Shown here: positions 1 through 13,149 of the stretch, piece after piece | Layout: each line of letters begins with the position of its first letter | How positions within the stretch are numbered: the first letter of the stretch is position 1 | Assembly: GCA_009602725.1 (NCBI GenBank) | Contig: WELB01000010.1 | Coordinates: 1,201,585-1,265,584, forward strand | DNA from: Spirogloea muscicola | Lineage: Eukaryota | Reading direction: 5' to 3' | DNA: 64,000 nt | Translations under genes and position numbers: made by a program | The notes under the pieces: generated by a model | Told to the model about the DNA's origin: nothing | What the model saw: the letters and a program-made list of their open reading frames with translations, nothing else | The model's database searches: none

Positions 1-53
1 GCCGCCGCCGCCGCTGCCGCCGCCGAGAAGGCCGCCGCCGCAGCGCCGGCGCC

Positions 54-2779
54 ATGGACCGGGACTTCGGGAGCAAAACGGGCGGCGGCGGCGTGGCGTC
101 GGCGCAGAATGAGGCCATCGACCGGCGCGAGCGGCTGCGGCGGCTGGCGCTGGAGACCATCGACCTGGCCAAGGACCCCTACTTCATGCGCAACCACCTC
201 GGGAGGTGGGAGCTCGCGTCACGCCGCTGGCCGTGGCCGCGGCGGGGCCGCCGCTCTCAGCTGCGCTGCCGCGCTCCATGCAGCGGCACCCGCGGGCTCG
301 CCAGCTAGCGCAGGCGGGGGGCAGGCTCCGCCCCACGGCCTCGGCAGGACACGGATGCTGAGCTCGTAGCCTTGCTTGGACAAGCAGTGCCCGCTCGGCA
401 GCTGTATGGCTGGCCATCGTCGCCAGCCCACTGCTGGGTGCAGGACTACCTGTGCAGGCGCTGTGGTCCAGGCACTTCGTACTTAGGTCAAGGTTGGGAT
501 TCCATTAGGGGTTAGGGTCAACTACCAATCTGTCCTTAGGGCTAAGCTCTTGACGCTGAAGAGCCTGGGAGTCAGGGATTAGGGGTGTCTCGTCTAGGAA
601 CTTGGCATGTTGTTCTCTGGCCCTCTGGCTCTGAGGTTGACCGGGAGGTGTCCTTCCTAACCGCACGCGGCTTACAGGTCCAGAGGTTATCGTCTCACAC
701 GGAGAGTCTATCAAGATGGATCAACCTTAATCAATAAACTTAAGTTGGCGCTGTCACCTCCTGCAGCTACGAGTGCAAGCTCTGCCTGACGCTGCACAAC
801 AACGAGGGCAACTACCTGGCGCACACCCAGGGCAAGCGCCACCAGACCAACCTGGCCAAGCGCGCCGCGCGGGAGGCCAAAGACGCGCCGGCCCAGCCCC
901 AGCCTAACCGCCGGAAGGTCAATCCTCGAAAGACAGGTGAGCCTGGGGTTTGAAGTTTAAAGACCTGACTCCTAAGTCGAGGTTTGCTTGAGATGTGTTG
1001 TGGAGATGTAGCTCTGAGGTATCAATCGTCCAAATTGTCTCATGTACTTTGTGGGTCATCTTGCCTGAGCTGGAGAGTCTGCCATTATCATTGAGCTGAT
1101 TGAAGTTTGCAAACGAGCACCTGCAGTGAAGATTGGGAGGCCCGGTTACAGGGTCACCAAGCAGTTTGACCGGGAAGCTCGCCAACGGTCACTCCTCTTC
1201 CAGGTCTGTTGCCTGCCACAGCATGCACTGTCCATGCTATGCGCCTGGCGTGGCTGAGACTAGTGGGCAGGGTGTGAGTCCAGCTTTTGTTCTATGAGTT
1301 TACAAGGCTACATCGCTGCTTGCGTGCCGGCATGCTTGTGTACTGCTCAGGTTGAGTACCCCGAGATTGAGGAGGGTGGCAAGCCCCGACACCGTTTCAT
1401 GTCCTCGTACGAGCAGGTAGCTTCTGCTTCGGATCGCAGTCCTCGCTCTCAGCCTCCTTGCGGGTCTAGTGTGGCGCTTCTCGGCTTCGGTGCAAGCATT
1501 GCTACGGTTGTCCTTGCGGTATTCTTTAGGCTGTATGTCTGAGATGCCTTGAGGATCATATTTCTACCTGCGGCCATGCCTGCAGTCACCAGGGAAAGCA
1601 CCCCGGTCAAGATGGGGCCTGCAAGCAGAAGGCTGCAAGCTGGCATCTCTCCTTAGACTGACAGTGCATTTGCTCCTCTGTCAGAAAGTGGAGCCATGGA
1701 ACAAGGCATATCAGTACCTCCTCTTTGCCGCCGAGCCATATGAGAATGTGGCATTCAAGGTGCAGCACTGACTCCTGCAGCACCATGCATTGCTCAAGGG
1801 TGCATGTGCATGTGCAACGGGTGGGGTTTCAAACATCCTCGAGTTTTAAACTCAAAGATTGAGGTCCTGGAGACTCACCGCTGCCTCGTGTGTCAGCAAC
1901 CCCTTGCCCCAAAGAACGGTCTCAAGCCTGAGCAATGAGTGAGCAAGATCGTTAATAGACTCGACAAAGACAGCTTGCGTTTTATGCCGCAAGCTCACTT
2001 GAATTGGTTGACGTTCTGGGTCAGGTACCCAGCACGGAGATCGACAAGGCGCCTGCCAAGTTCTTTACACATTGGGACCCTGACAGCCACATGTTTACGG
2101 TAAGCCGCTGAGCTGTGAGTCAGCATCCACCACACATGGGGCTTGGCATGGTGACGTCACGGACTGGACATGATAATATACCCCCCAATGACTGGCTGCT
2201 GCCTATGAATTCAACATGAAAGAGACACTCCAAGCAGCTTGATACATCATATGTTTGCCTGCACCTGGACCTCAAAGACAGCTACTAGTGTTGGCTTAGG
2301 GTTCACTAGAGCGCGTGGCGGCTGCCGATGTATGAGCTCCGCAATGGCAGATGTAGTCACAGTGGCAGAGTAAATATGTGGCAATGATGAATTCACCCCG
2401 CCTCTGCGTTCAGCTTCACAAGTGTCGTATGTATGTCTTATTTATTTCTCGCACTTTGCTATATTTTGTTTCTCTTTGTTTCCAGCTCCAGCTTTACTTC
2501 AAGCCAAAGGACCAGCCGCAAGCGCCACGCGGGGGCCCACCCATGCCGCCTGGGATGGGTCCGCCACCTCGGCCATTTGGTGGCGGCAGTTTTGCCAATG
2601 GGCCGCCGCCAGCGTCCTTCATGCCCCCGCCGCCTCCGCCGCCACCACCGTACCAGGGGGGCATGAATGGGCTGCGCCCCGCGTTCCCACCACCACCGCC
2701 GCCGCCACCCCCCGCAACGTCTCAGTCAGGCTTCGGCATGCGGGGACCCCCTCCCCCTCCTCCGCCCCCACCCTCCTGA
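54..2779 (+). CDS. SF3A2: Splicing factor 3A subunit 2 (SF3a66/Prp11), 7 exons
   Basis: Motifs MDRDFGSKTGGGG...DRRERLRRLALETIDLAKDPYFMRNHLG, zinc finger YECKLCLTLHNNEGNYLAHTQGKRHQ, VKIGRPGYRVTKQ, and a Pro-rich C-terminus. Exons approx 54-205, 767-936, 1127-1203, 1351-1416, 1685-1759, 2025-2099, 2485-2779 with GT-AG borders. Confidence 0.96.
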
Positions 2780-3556
2780 CCGCAGAGGCTTCTTGCTGTG
2801 TCCAGCCAGCCATGCCACCCTTCTCCCTGCCCTTTCCCTTGGCCCTAGCTTCAGACGAAGATGAGATCGGACAAACATGTAACATTATAGATCCCTTATT
2901 GCAGATACCTCTCATGGTACTGCACTGCTCTGCTGATAGCTTCAGTCTTAATGCACGAGCATTGTCCTTGTTTAGTGGCTTCTATGTGCATCGTCACAGG
3001 GGCCTTGCTAGTCTCTTGCCAGGCTGTAATCCAGAAATTCTGCTGGCAGTGGCTTCTGCCCGGCCTGTGAACATGTACATGAGCGCCAAGTCGTGCGTCC
3101 AAGCTCTCGCTCTGCTCCTTGGGCATGCGACTTGCTGCAGCCAGCACTGAGCACGGGGCTAGATGTAGTATCAAGCTCTAAAAGAGACTCTCATTTCTCG
3201 AAGTCACGGCCACTTTCGTGGAACAGTCACAAGAGTCACAAGATCAGCCGCTGCGTGCACCATGGGCGCGCCCTTGCTTGTACCAGGCGGGGCAGCTGCT
3301 TGCGCCGTTCGGGGGCGTCACACCCATCCTCCAGTCCCTGCTCTGGAGCCGGGTTATGCTCCAAGGCCCTTGAAGTGCCGAGGGGTTTAGGAGAGCATAG
3401 GACTCTTCCAGTAGAGGCAATGGCTGTGCTTGGCCAGCCCAGGGGTTTAGGAGCTCTAGGGTTGTTGAGCAACTGAAGGAGCTAAAGTGTCATTCGAGTC
3501 CGGCAACTCTGAGGGCTGCCAGGGACGCGGCAGTCGCGGCGGCGGCGGCGGCGTGC

Positions 3557-4502
3557 ATGGCGCCGGCGCCGGGTCCGGCAAAGGCGGCGGCGGCGGCGGC
3601 GGGGGCGGCAGCGGCGGCGGCGGCGTGGTCCAGCCGGCTGGTGGTGACGCTCAAGCGCGGCCTGCCTGGGAAGCGGCACGACCACCGGGCCACAGTCAAG
3701 GTTTGTGTCAAAGCCGGCTCGTCCGCCCAGCTGCAAGCACCCACTGCAGCAGCCGCGCTTGGGCGTCGGCGGCGGGCCGCCATAGCTGCGGCGGCTGCTG
3801 CTGCTGCAGCTGTAGGGCCGCCTTCGGAAGCTTCGCCCCGGTCGTTGAGCACCACATAAACCAAGACCCATGGAAATATGTCCTTGATCCGAACCTTCTC
3901 TTATTCCTGAGCCCATCATTTGGCGATTGACTATACTGTTCAGACCTGACTTTAGAGTGCCCACATTCAGATCCTTAAACTTATCCTAATTGGGTTCTGC
4001 TTACTGCATACACATCTTGCTGCAGGCGCTCGGGCTGCGGCGGCGCGAGAGCGTGGTGGTGCACAACAATACGCCCACTATCCGCGGCATGATCAACAAG
4101 GTATGGCGGCGTGGCGATGGGTGGCCCGCTGCTAGCGCTCCAAACTATGACTCGCTCACCCTCTCGGGGGCTGGTGGCCTTGCACAGGTCAGGCGTCCGT
4201 AGTATGAACTGCGCGACCACGGTGCCATGGCAGCTCGTCGTACTCGGCTTCCTTGGCTGGTGCAGTGTCAAAGCTTACATGAGGCGGCAGCGGCCAGAGC
4301 CACTTGCCCTGCTGATGAGGTCGAAGAGTATGGCTAACGACCATGCGGCCGCTATGCTGGGGCTTAGGTCAAGCGGCTGTTGGACGTGGAGACCAAGGAG
4401 ATGCATGAAGCTCGATTGGAGGCCGAGCGGCAGCACCGTGCGCTGCGGCCGCCCATCTTCGTCCAGCATGCAACATCGCCCCCTGCACCCGGCAGCAACT
4501 AG
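3557..4502 (+). CDS. MRPL30: Bacterial-type (probably mitochondrial) ribosomal protein uL30, 3 exons
   Basis: Spliced product LVVTLKRGLPGKRHDHRATVK|ALGLRRRESVVVHNNTPTIRGMINK|VKRLLDVETKEMHEARLEAERQHRALRPPIFVQH. Exons approx 3557-3700, 4026-4100, 4368-4502. Confidence 0.88.
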
Positions 4503-5345
4503 GTGGCCACGAGAGAGCAGGTTAAGGCCTGCTGCGGCTATCACTGTCCCCGGCCAAGGGGACACAAGTTGGCAACCACAGCTCTTGACACAACAGATGC
4601 AGCAGGCTGCAGTATATCGCCTCCTCCACTGTAGGCTGCAGCCTGCTGCCTGGTGCTAGCTCGGACTTAAAGATGCACCTGTGCAAAGCCTGCTGATGTC
4701 AACAGGCCACTTCTTGCATATCACGAATGACCGCTGATGTTCTTACAATGCCCCGCACAGAAGAGACTCCAAGAGTGGCACCAGGGTCAATAGATGCAGT
4801 CGCCTCTTTGCTGGCCTCTAGGCTTGTTATCAAGCAACAGGGTTACAACGTACAATATTGACTTGTAATTGTCATTCTGGAGCTGCAGCATAGGTAGTGA
4901 GTAGTGCGCTGCCACAAGACTGACAACTGCAGCGCTCCCACAAGACTGATCGCTGCTAAGACCGATCCCAATCGACATGACTCTGGGGCCACAATATTCG
5001 AAGTGACTTACAGTGGATTCTTTCACATATATACTTAGGCAAGCTGCAGCTCTGGCTTGCACTGGAGCTATAGATACTCAACTTAATACACAACTGAAAG
5101 AGCAAGGTGCTCAATGGATACATAGCCTATGTCTACAATAAGAATGTAAATGAATGATATGTATGAGCACAACTAGAGACTGCGGCGAACACCCACAGAT
5201 CTGCACTTGGAGGTGGAGTGCATCCTGAAGCCAAGGATGGCATGGCTGGGGAACAGCGCACAGGAGAGGTAGAAGAGAAGGGGCAGGGGTTTTGGGGGGG
5301 GGGGGGGGANGGGGGGGTAAATGGGGGTATGCGCGCGTGCAGCAG

Positions 5346-8130
5346 CTAACGCTTCGTCCTAAAGCAGGCGCGCGACATGAGGGGCTCACGGTCAACCAGC
5401 ACATCAACGTGACCACTGAGGCGCTGCATGGTCCACCATAAGAATGGGGAGCAAAGGAACGCGCTGGCGCCCACGGCAGCCATACGGTGCAGGCCGTGCT
5501 TGTAAAAGGGAGAGGCCATGATGGCAAGCACGCACACTCCAAGCATCCAAGGCGTCACGACTGGCAGGGCTGGGAGCTGAAATAGATTGAGGAGGACAAC
5601 AAGCAAGCTCAGCGTGCCCAATAAGTACAGGCCCCAGCCAGCAACAGGGTGAACTGTAGTCGGAATGAGTGGAAAGGGAATCATGAAGCACGCCAACCAC
5701 AGGCCTGCACCAATACAGACGTCACCACAATCAGCTTCTAAGATGCATGACTCCAGCAAACGAGTTAGCAAGTCACTTGCCAGCAGCTCATAACACAGCC
5801 ATCCTGAGGCCCAAATGACACAGCAATTCTAATATTCAGCATTGTCAATCATCATTCCACTGATTGAAATTCTTATATTACTCTACTACATAAGTAACAC
5901 ACGTGTTTTGGTCAAAAACTGTAACAAAAACATGCCACTGGATGGGAACCCACCTATGGTCAGGACCTTGACAAGCCATGGGCAGAGCAAGACGCCCAGC
6001 CATCCATCACTGATGCACGTACATCGCGGTACCAAGGCCCTCAGGGGCAACTTCTCCCCAAGCGGGCACTTCTGCCCAGCTACTAGGCTGACGAGCATGA
6101 TCACCATGTACATGACAGCTTGGCTCAAAACTGCTGGCATTTCTTGACGATACCTGCAATAATCACTTCAAAAGGGTCACACAAATCTTCACATAACTTT
6201 TTGACTGCATACGCACTAGCTGCCATTTATTTAGAAGGCAGATGTCAAACTACATACCCCATGCTTGATTGGAGGCGCTCGCTGTGCCAGTCAATGCCAA
6301 GCGGCAGGATTGGCCATGACCACCAGAACCAAGGTTTCATGGAGGATGCACTGGGAAAGGTGATCACCGCGTTTGGTCCACAGGGGACCTGCCACTTCAT
6401 TCGAAAGTCTGGCAGTGACACCACAGCATCCGAAACTCAGTTAGCAGCAGGGATCGACCAAGAAGAAAGCCTGGTACTACTGTATCCTGCCCTTTGACAG
6501 GATCACCAGGACCTTGCTGACGACTACTTGGCTGCAACCCTCATCATCAGAAATTGCCACATGTCAATGAGGAGCTACTTGCAGGTGAAAGGCCTCACAG
6601 TAGTAGGACGCATCCATCTGATAGCCAAAGGGCAGCCTGTACTGGCCAGTCTGGACAGTCTTTGTTATGTCTGGCCGGAAGAACGGTTTCTCTATCAGGT
6701 CACGGAAGTACGAGCCAAGGAACCCCTGGTCTGCACCATCAGCACTGTAGAGCTGCCCTAAATCGTGTAACATCTTGTGAAACGTCTGGTTTGAGGGCTG
6801 CACGCAACAAGGATAGACATCTGAGCACTTTGTCTCACTGTTCATGGCCTTTGTATATATCATTATATGTCATTTTCATATCATATCATGTCAAATAGCG
6901 GATATCTGTCTCTGGCACTGTGCTCTTGTATGACGCTTCTTCTGACCTATGTAGTGATGCATCAATACACCGTTATGGCTAGCTTGCTTAGGACTGCGCT
7001 ACCCAAGAATAGGAAGTAGAGTGCCTGCTGCAGTATCACGGGATGCTCTACCAGTGTATCTGACTGTGTGGTGTAATTGCAACAAGCACAGAGCAAGAAT
7101 GAAAAGGACGAAGGGCCAAAAGTACTCACCTCCAAGACAAACAAGCCAGTGTGGAAGACACAGGGATTAATGAACACCGCACAAAACTCTCCACATTGGA
7201 ATAGCTCATCCGTGTTGAGAAGGAAGAGGTTGTCAGCATCCAGCATCACGACGCGTTGGTACTCGGTCAGCGACCACACGTAGAGCTTGTTCAACGCATG
7301 GATGAATCTTGTGTTAAACTTAGCTTGATCCTTGTATGGGTTTGGAATGTCGTCCACCAGCTTGACTTTGAAACCATCGTCAAGACTGCAAATAGGACAT
7401 ACGCAGTCTCTGTCAGGGACAAGCATGACACGCACAGACATGCTTACTGTAGGCAAACCTTAACCTCACATTGAGTTGACATTATGATAAAACATCACAT
7501 CACGCGCAGAATCTCTTTACAGACCTGCTGACCTCTACAAGGTGTTTTGACGCAGTATGAGTTGCAACTGACTAAGAATCTACTTCCAAAATTCCAGGAG
7601 ATAGTGTTCTCTCAGTGATACCTCTTCACAAGGAGAATGCGGCTACTGGCAAGGAGGTCACTCACTAGGATTGCAGCCACTCCTCTGGACAGTTGTTGGA
7701 GGCAATCACGACCAAGTCGGCAACTGGCTCCTTCCTTGCAATGCTCTGGAGTAGCACTCGAGTTGCTACATAGAACTGCATGGACATTGCAATGCAGACC
7801 AACTGTCACAACGAGTGCATCGTTGCAGAAGGAGAGCAGGCGTTGGCTGGTACGACGAACAGAAGCAGAGGCGCATACCACAAAGTGTTGATGCACACAA
7901 AGATCTCATGAAGGCAGAAGAGAGTGCGCTGCACCCCTGCACACCTCGTAGTCTTTCGGCGTGCCGCAGTACATCATTGTGGCGTACGCATTCTGGAATC
8001 TGGTGTCATCGATGCTCGAAGGCAGGGAATGCGAGGCATGGCCACCAGCACTCCAAGCAAGGAGGACGAGGAGGCTCCCGCAGGCGGCACTGTAGAGCTT
8101 GCTAAGCGGCGTGACTGGAACCTGCGCCAT
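5346..8130 (-). CDS. Glycosyltransferase family 8, glycogenin-like PGSIP7/8-type putative glucuronosyltransferase with C-terminal transmembrane segments
   Basis: N-terminal signal/anchor, NAYATMMYCGTPKDYE, LNKLYVWSLTEYQRVVMLDADNLFL (DxD), NPCVFHTGLFVL, DGADQGFL, RLPFGYQMDASYY, FPSASSMKPWFWWSWP, hydrophobic C-terminal exons. Confidence 0.9.
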
Positions 8131-8525
8131 CGCTGGTCAAGGACTTCTACTGCGCGGCGCGAGTCATTCCCGGCCGCTCCTCCTCGCCGTCGATCGGCCA
8201 GTCCAACAGCACTTGCTGAGGCTCAGTGTGCCACAGGGCTCGCAAGCGATGGGGTCGACTGTCGGCCAATAAGCGCAGTGCGGCTCTGTCGCTTACGAGC
8301 CCTCGATTAGAGGCATCCCGCGATCTCCGTCGCACCGACGGCGAGAGCGGCGCATTCATGGCCCATGGCGCCGCCGCGGGGTGCCAGCCTCGACGGGCGA
8401 GCCCTTGATGCGCTGCCCTGCGCCCGGAAGCGTCACGCAGCACGCTTGCCCGCCGGTATTAGCCGCAACGTCGCCCGGGCAGCCTGCGACGGCGACGGCG
8501 CCTGCGGCGGCGGCGGTGGCGGTGG

Positions 8526-8559
<34 letters not shown>

Positions 8560-11099
8560 GGTTGCACGGAGGCGGGCCTGATCGAGGGGAGGCGCTAGGG
8601 TGTCGTCCTCGGTCCTTCCCACCATCTCCCCCCACCCTCCCTCCTCCCACTCCCTCCCCGCTTTGGCTTACGTCTACGGGGGGCCCGCTCGCCTCCACTC
8701 CTCCCGGTCCCCTTTCCGCGCGCGCCCGCTGGCCCCCCTCCCCCAGTTGAAGGAGGCGCCAGATTGATTGCCGCCCGTTGGTGCGAGAACCCAGGCAGGG
8801 CGACCGTTCGATACGGGCTGGTTAGCCGGCCACGGTGAGGGCAACCATTCTCCGTCACTCTGGGGACCGGTAGCGGGGGCCGAATCACGATCAACTTCCC
8901 CCGCCTCTGGTTAACAGCCGGCCGGGGACCTTTCAGGTATGCTTCCTGACTCCTGCGGACCTTTTTCATTCCCTTCCTAACTTTCTTGGGCTGGCCTCTC
9001 AGAAGAAATGGATCACAAAGTGGGGCAAGGGCTGTGAACAGCTAGTCAGCCCGAAAGTCCAGAGGGGCCAAATGCGCTCACAGCCATGACCTTATATAGA
9101 AATATCTGTATCTTCTGTGGACCCTTTTTAATTCTCTTCAGGCTGGCCATTCACAGTCACCCATCCGGAAGCTAAGTTCAATGTCCGTTTTCTGAGTCCT
9201 TTTGGTCCTCGTTCATTCTTTTGGGGTTAGCTCATATAATCTAGAAGGGCTTCTTCTCTTTTACTCACAGTTCCATTGGCCCGGCTGCAAGTGAGGTGGT
9301 GGTCAGCCTAACTACACCGTTTGCAAGCGCCGGTGGCGCCACGTTTGGCAGGCCGCTGGAGGTACGAGAGCAACCCAAGTCATCCCGCATGCTTGTGGCC
9401 CAACGTCCTGCAGAACAGGGGGATCCGGCGCGGGCCGCATCTCCGACCAGCGGGCGAGCCCGGATCCACACCCGTGGCAGCAGCGCAGATCCTCCGTGCA
9501 GGCCTTTTGGAATTTACCTAATCCACGGTCCAGTCGTATCTCACGACGGCTCTGCCAATTTACTGTCCTCCCGATCGTCGACCTCATCACAACTATCAAC
9601 GGAGCTTCTTCTTATCCCTCGGAAGAAGCTTGCTTCTACATCGAGCGATGGCTGTTAAAAGAAACGCGGCTCTCCCACGAGGGGCCGAGGGGCTGTGAAG
9701 TGCCAGCTGTAAAATGCCCATTCCAAAATGGGCCCCAAAGGCCCAAAGGGTTAAGCAAGGTCCAAATGAGCCGGAAATGTGAACCACGCAGCTGGAGTAT
9801 GAAGAAGGTGCTCAAAGAGGGAGCAATGGCTGTGCAAGGCAGCCCAAAGTTTCATCTCCAAATAATTATCCAAAAGAACTTGACAAACAAGGGAGAAGAA
9901 CAATGAAGAAAAATGGCGTGTTTTTGAAACAAACGAAGGCCAAATGGCCAAGTACAAGGGCAAGCACATCACGTAAATAACCTACAAAGAACACAGAACA
10001 GAGAAGAACAATGAAGGGGGGAAGGCGCGGAGCGCATGAAATAAGAGGGAGGCCAGTTCAAGCCAATACATTGTTCAGGCAGAATCTGTGCAGGATAAAT
10101 GTGCTACATAAATCTGAGGCATATGCTAAGGTGCTTAAGGTGACAACAGGGTGACATTAGTACCCACGGGTGAGCATATGCAAATCCGACAAGCTAAGTT
10201 GGGGAGCCGGAGCGCCGCCACGGAAGCCGGTGGGAGGACAATTAGAGTCGGGGAAGCCCAAACATGTTTGTACTTTCTTGGTCAGACAGGCTAAATAGGC
10301 CCGGCCGGGCAACGGGACTGGAAGATTTCCCGGCAGAAATGTCTGCGACCCGCACGAGCGGGCAGGCCGGCGAACGGAGCGCCCCTGCCGCCCGAGAGCC
10401 GGCCGCGGACGACAACGCGACGAGCGGCTCGCGAGGCGTCCCGGGCGACCCTCGCTGACCTTCAACGTCACGTCCGACGCCACTAGCCGTCGGCCAGATG
10501 GCCCGGCAGCGACGAGGGCGGCACTGGCCGCCCACGTGCGCCGGGCCCTTGTAGCCAATGGAGGCCCGGGGTGGGATGCGGGGGGCCCCTCTCCTTACGC
10601 GTGGCCTTTAGCCCACGGAACTAAATTTGAGCCACCCGGGACCCACCCGGCACATCATTCCGTTACCAGCGCCCGGTGGAAAGTCGTGCCGTGCCCGAAG
10701 GCTCCGGGACGCTCGGGGAGTGCGTGGTGGGGGGGCGTGGTCGTTTTCTGGGTGTTCGGGAGCGGGGCTGGGTGACCGCCTCATTCGCCCACGCTTTCAA
10801 TCACGCCCCGGGGGGGGGTCAGTATCCGGGAGCGGGGCCGAGTCCAAGCTGGGACCGATCGTCGCCCCTCCCCCCCCGCCGCCGCCTCTGCCACTACTCC
10901 CCCCCCACCCCGCCAGCCTCTCAGGTCNNNNNNNNNNNNNNNNNNNNNNNNNNNNNNNNNNNNNNNNNNNNNNNNNNNNNNNNNNNNNNNNNNNNNNNNN
11001 NNNNNNNNNNNNNNNNNNNNNNNNNNNNNNNNNNNNNNNNNNNNNNNNNNNNNNNNNNNNNNNNNNNNNNNNNNNNNNNNNNNNNNNNNNNNNNNNNNN

Positions 11100-12285
11100 C
11101 GGCGGCGGCGGGCGCTGCGGCGGCCGTGCCGCCGCACTCGTGGTTCGACGTGCGCGTCATCTATGTGCGCGTCTGCGCGGCGGCGCTGGACTCGGAGGCC
11201 GCGCCGGACACGCTGCGCTTCCGGTGCCCGCCGCGCGACATCGGGTGCGCGCTGGAGGTGAACGGCGCGCGCGTCGCGCCGTCGGAGGAGGCGGTGCTGG
11301 CCATCCGGCGCGACCGTGTGGACAGCAACTGCGCCGAAGCCACGTACGTCGCCACCGACCACCTGCGCGTCAGCGGCTCCATGCCCTTCGAAGTGCACGA
11401 CGACGGCGGCGAGCCGCTGCTGTGCGCCGTGCTGGAGCGCTCCGGCGGTGGCACTGGGCAGCAGCAGCACCAGTCGTCGCACCCGCGCCTCGGCTGGCGG
11501 CTTGAGGCGGCGTGCACCGTGGGCAGCCCCGGGTGCGCCTTCCTGCGGCCGGCCAAGCCGCAGGACTACCGCACGCCCATGGCGCACCCGTCCATGGAGG
11601 TCTGCATGGTTGCGCGCTACAATGCCATGCCCATCATCCTCACCGAGACCGTCCGGCTCACCGCCCGGCGCCGCAACGTGCGCCACGCCGCGCTGGACGC
11701 CATCGCCGAGGAGGACGACGACGGCGGGCGGCTGCGCGACAGCGCCTCTATGTGCTCCACAGACGACGAGGACGCTGAGAGGGTATGTTACCTCCCTTTC
11801 CTCTTTCTGCTTTGGTCCTCCCAGCTTAGTGACGTTCATAACCTTCTGGGCCTCCTCGTTACGTGCCCAGAATCATGGTTTAGCAACCGTCAAAGCCCCA
11901 TGTACTGGTCAGAAGTACACTTGGATTAACTGAACTTGCAGAGGTACTCAGAGTGCTAGTCCAAATGGTGTGGTTGTTGGATATTGACATCTTGATTGGG
12001 CGCCTCTATTGTGTGTTGACTACTAGTATCGCTATGCAGGGTCATGCGCTGTCATACGCCGGCAAGCAGCCAGTGGCATTCGGCGGCTTCTACGACCTCC
12101 ACCCGCTCGAGGGTGGACTGGGCTACACCGAGGGCGAGGACGGCGAACTGTCGTGGTTCAATGCTGGCGTGCGCGTGGGCGTCGGCCTTGGGCTTGGCAC
12201 GTGCCTTGGCCTGGGCATCGGTGTCGGCCTCATGATCCGTACTTACCAGACTACTGCTCGGTCGCTGCGCCGCGGCCTCTTCTGA
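11100..12285 (+). CDS. Plant-specific uncharacterised protein, At1g01500-like; 5' end lost in N-gap
   Basis: WFDVRVIYVRV, LAIRRDRVD...EATYVATD, and the C-terminal EGEDGELSWFNAGVRVGVGLGLG...TYQTTARSLRRGLF. Intron 11783-12039 (GT-AG) keeps frame. Confidence 0.8.
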
Positions 12286-12548
12286 TGATTGGCATGGCGG
12301 CACATGAAGACACGCTCATGGCAAGCTATGGGCCTCCACCAGCGCCTGGGATGTCGAAGACGCCCCCAGTGGTGCTCATGCCCGCCATTCCTACTTATCA
12401 GCCCCAGCCAATGTTGGACCACCCAACATCACTGTGGCCACACTTGGCGGTGGCATAAGAAGTCATTGCAGCTCACAGAGCATGACCATGTCCGCCAGAC
12501 CCGCTCCATGTCAAAGCCTAGCAGGAACCACAGCCAGCAGCGGGGGGC

Positions 12549-12795
12549 GGAGATGTCAAAGATACGTTATCAGTGGGCTGTGGGCAGCCATGTGTACTTC
12601 AATGAACTGGGACATGATCTGATCTTGCTGCGGGTGGAGAAGTTAGTCATATCATGCAACAACCTGGGATGGCCCACTGGCAAGCCGTTGAACGATGTGT
12701 TCAGTATCTTGCTGAGAAGTTAGTCATATCATGCAACGACCAGGGATGGCCCGCTGGCAAGCAGTTGAACGATTTGTTCAGTATCTTGCTGCGAC
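12549..12795 (+). mobile_element. Degenerate Ty1/copia reverse transcriptase C-terminal relic with a 77-bp tandem duplication
   Basis: Frameshifted translation EMSKIRYQWAVGSHVY...SDLA...VSHIMQQPGMAHWQAVERCVQYL resembles the copia motif (PYxSAVGSLMY...RPDIA..V..VSRF..NPGxxHWxAVKxILRYL). 12637-12713 is repeated at 12714-12790. Confidence 0.7.
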
Positions 12796-13149
12796 TACAA
12801 TTACACGGCTCGCGTTCGGGTGAGAGAGTGGACTTCTGCATCGCTCTTCTAATAGGCATAGAGCGCCTACAACGTACTTCCTGGTTATGAGTGGATATGC
12901 ATTCACAGAGTGTCGTTTACCATCTCGAAGTCAAAGGTATTGTTACTATCTCAAGGTCTAATTGTATAGGCTATATTATACAGATGAGAAATATCTGCAA
13001 CGCTTGGCTGGAGTCTGACCGGCAACTTCGAGCGAGCTTTCATCGCCTGAGCTGCCCGCTCAGTCGAAGCAGGTGCTGCTGCTCCAACGATATATGTCGC
13101 GGAATCTAGCATTTCAGCGCCGGTGTTGGTGTGAGCAGAGTACTGTCAA

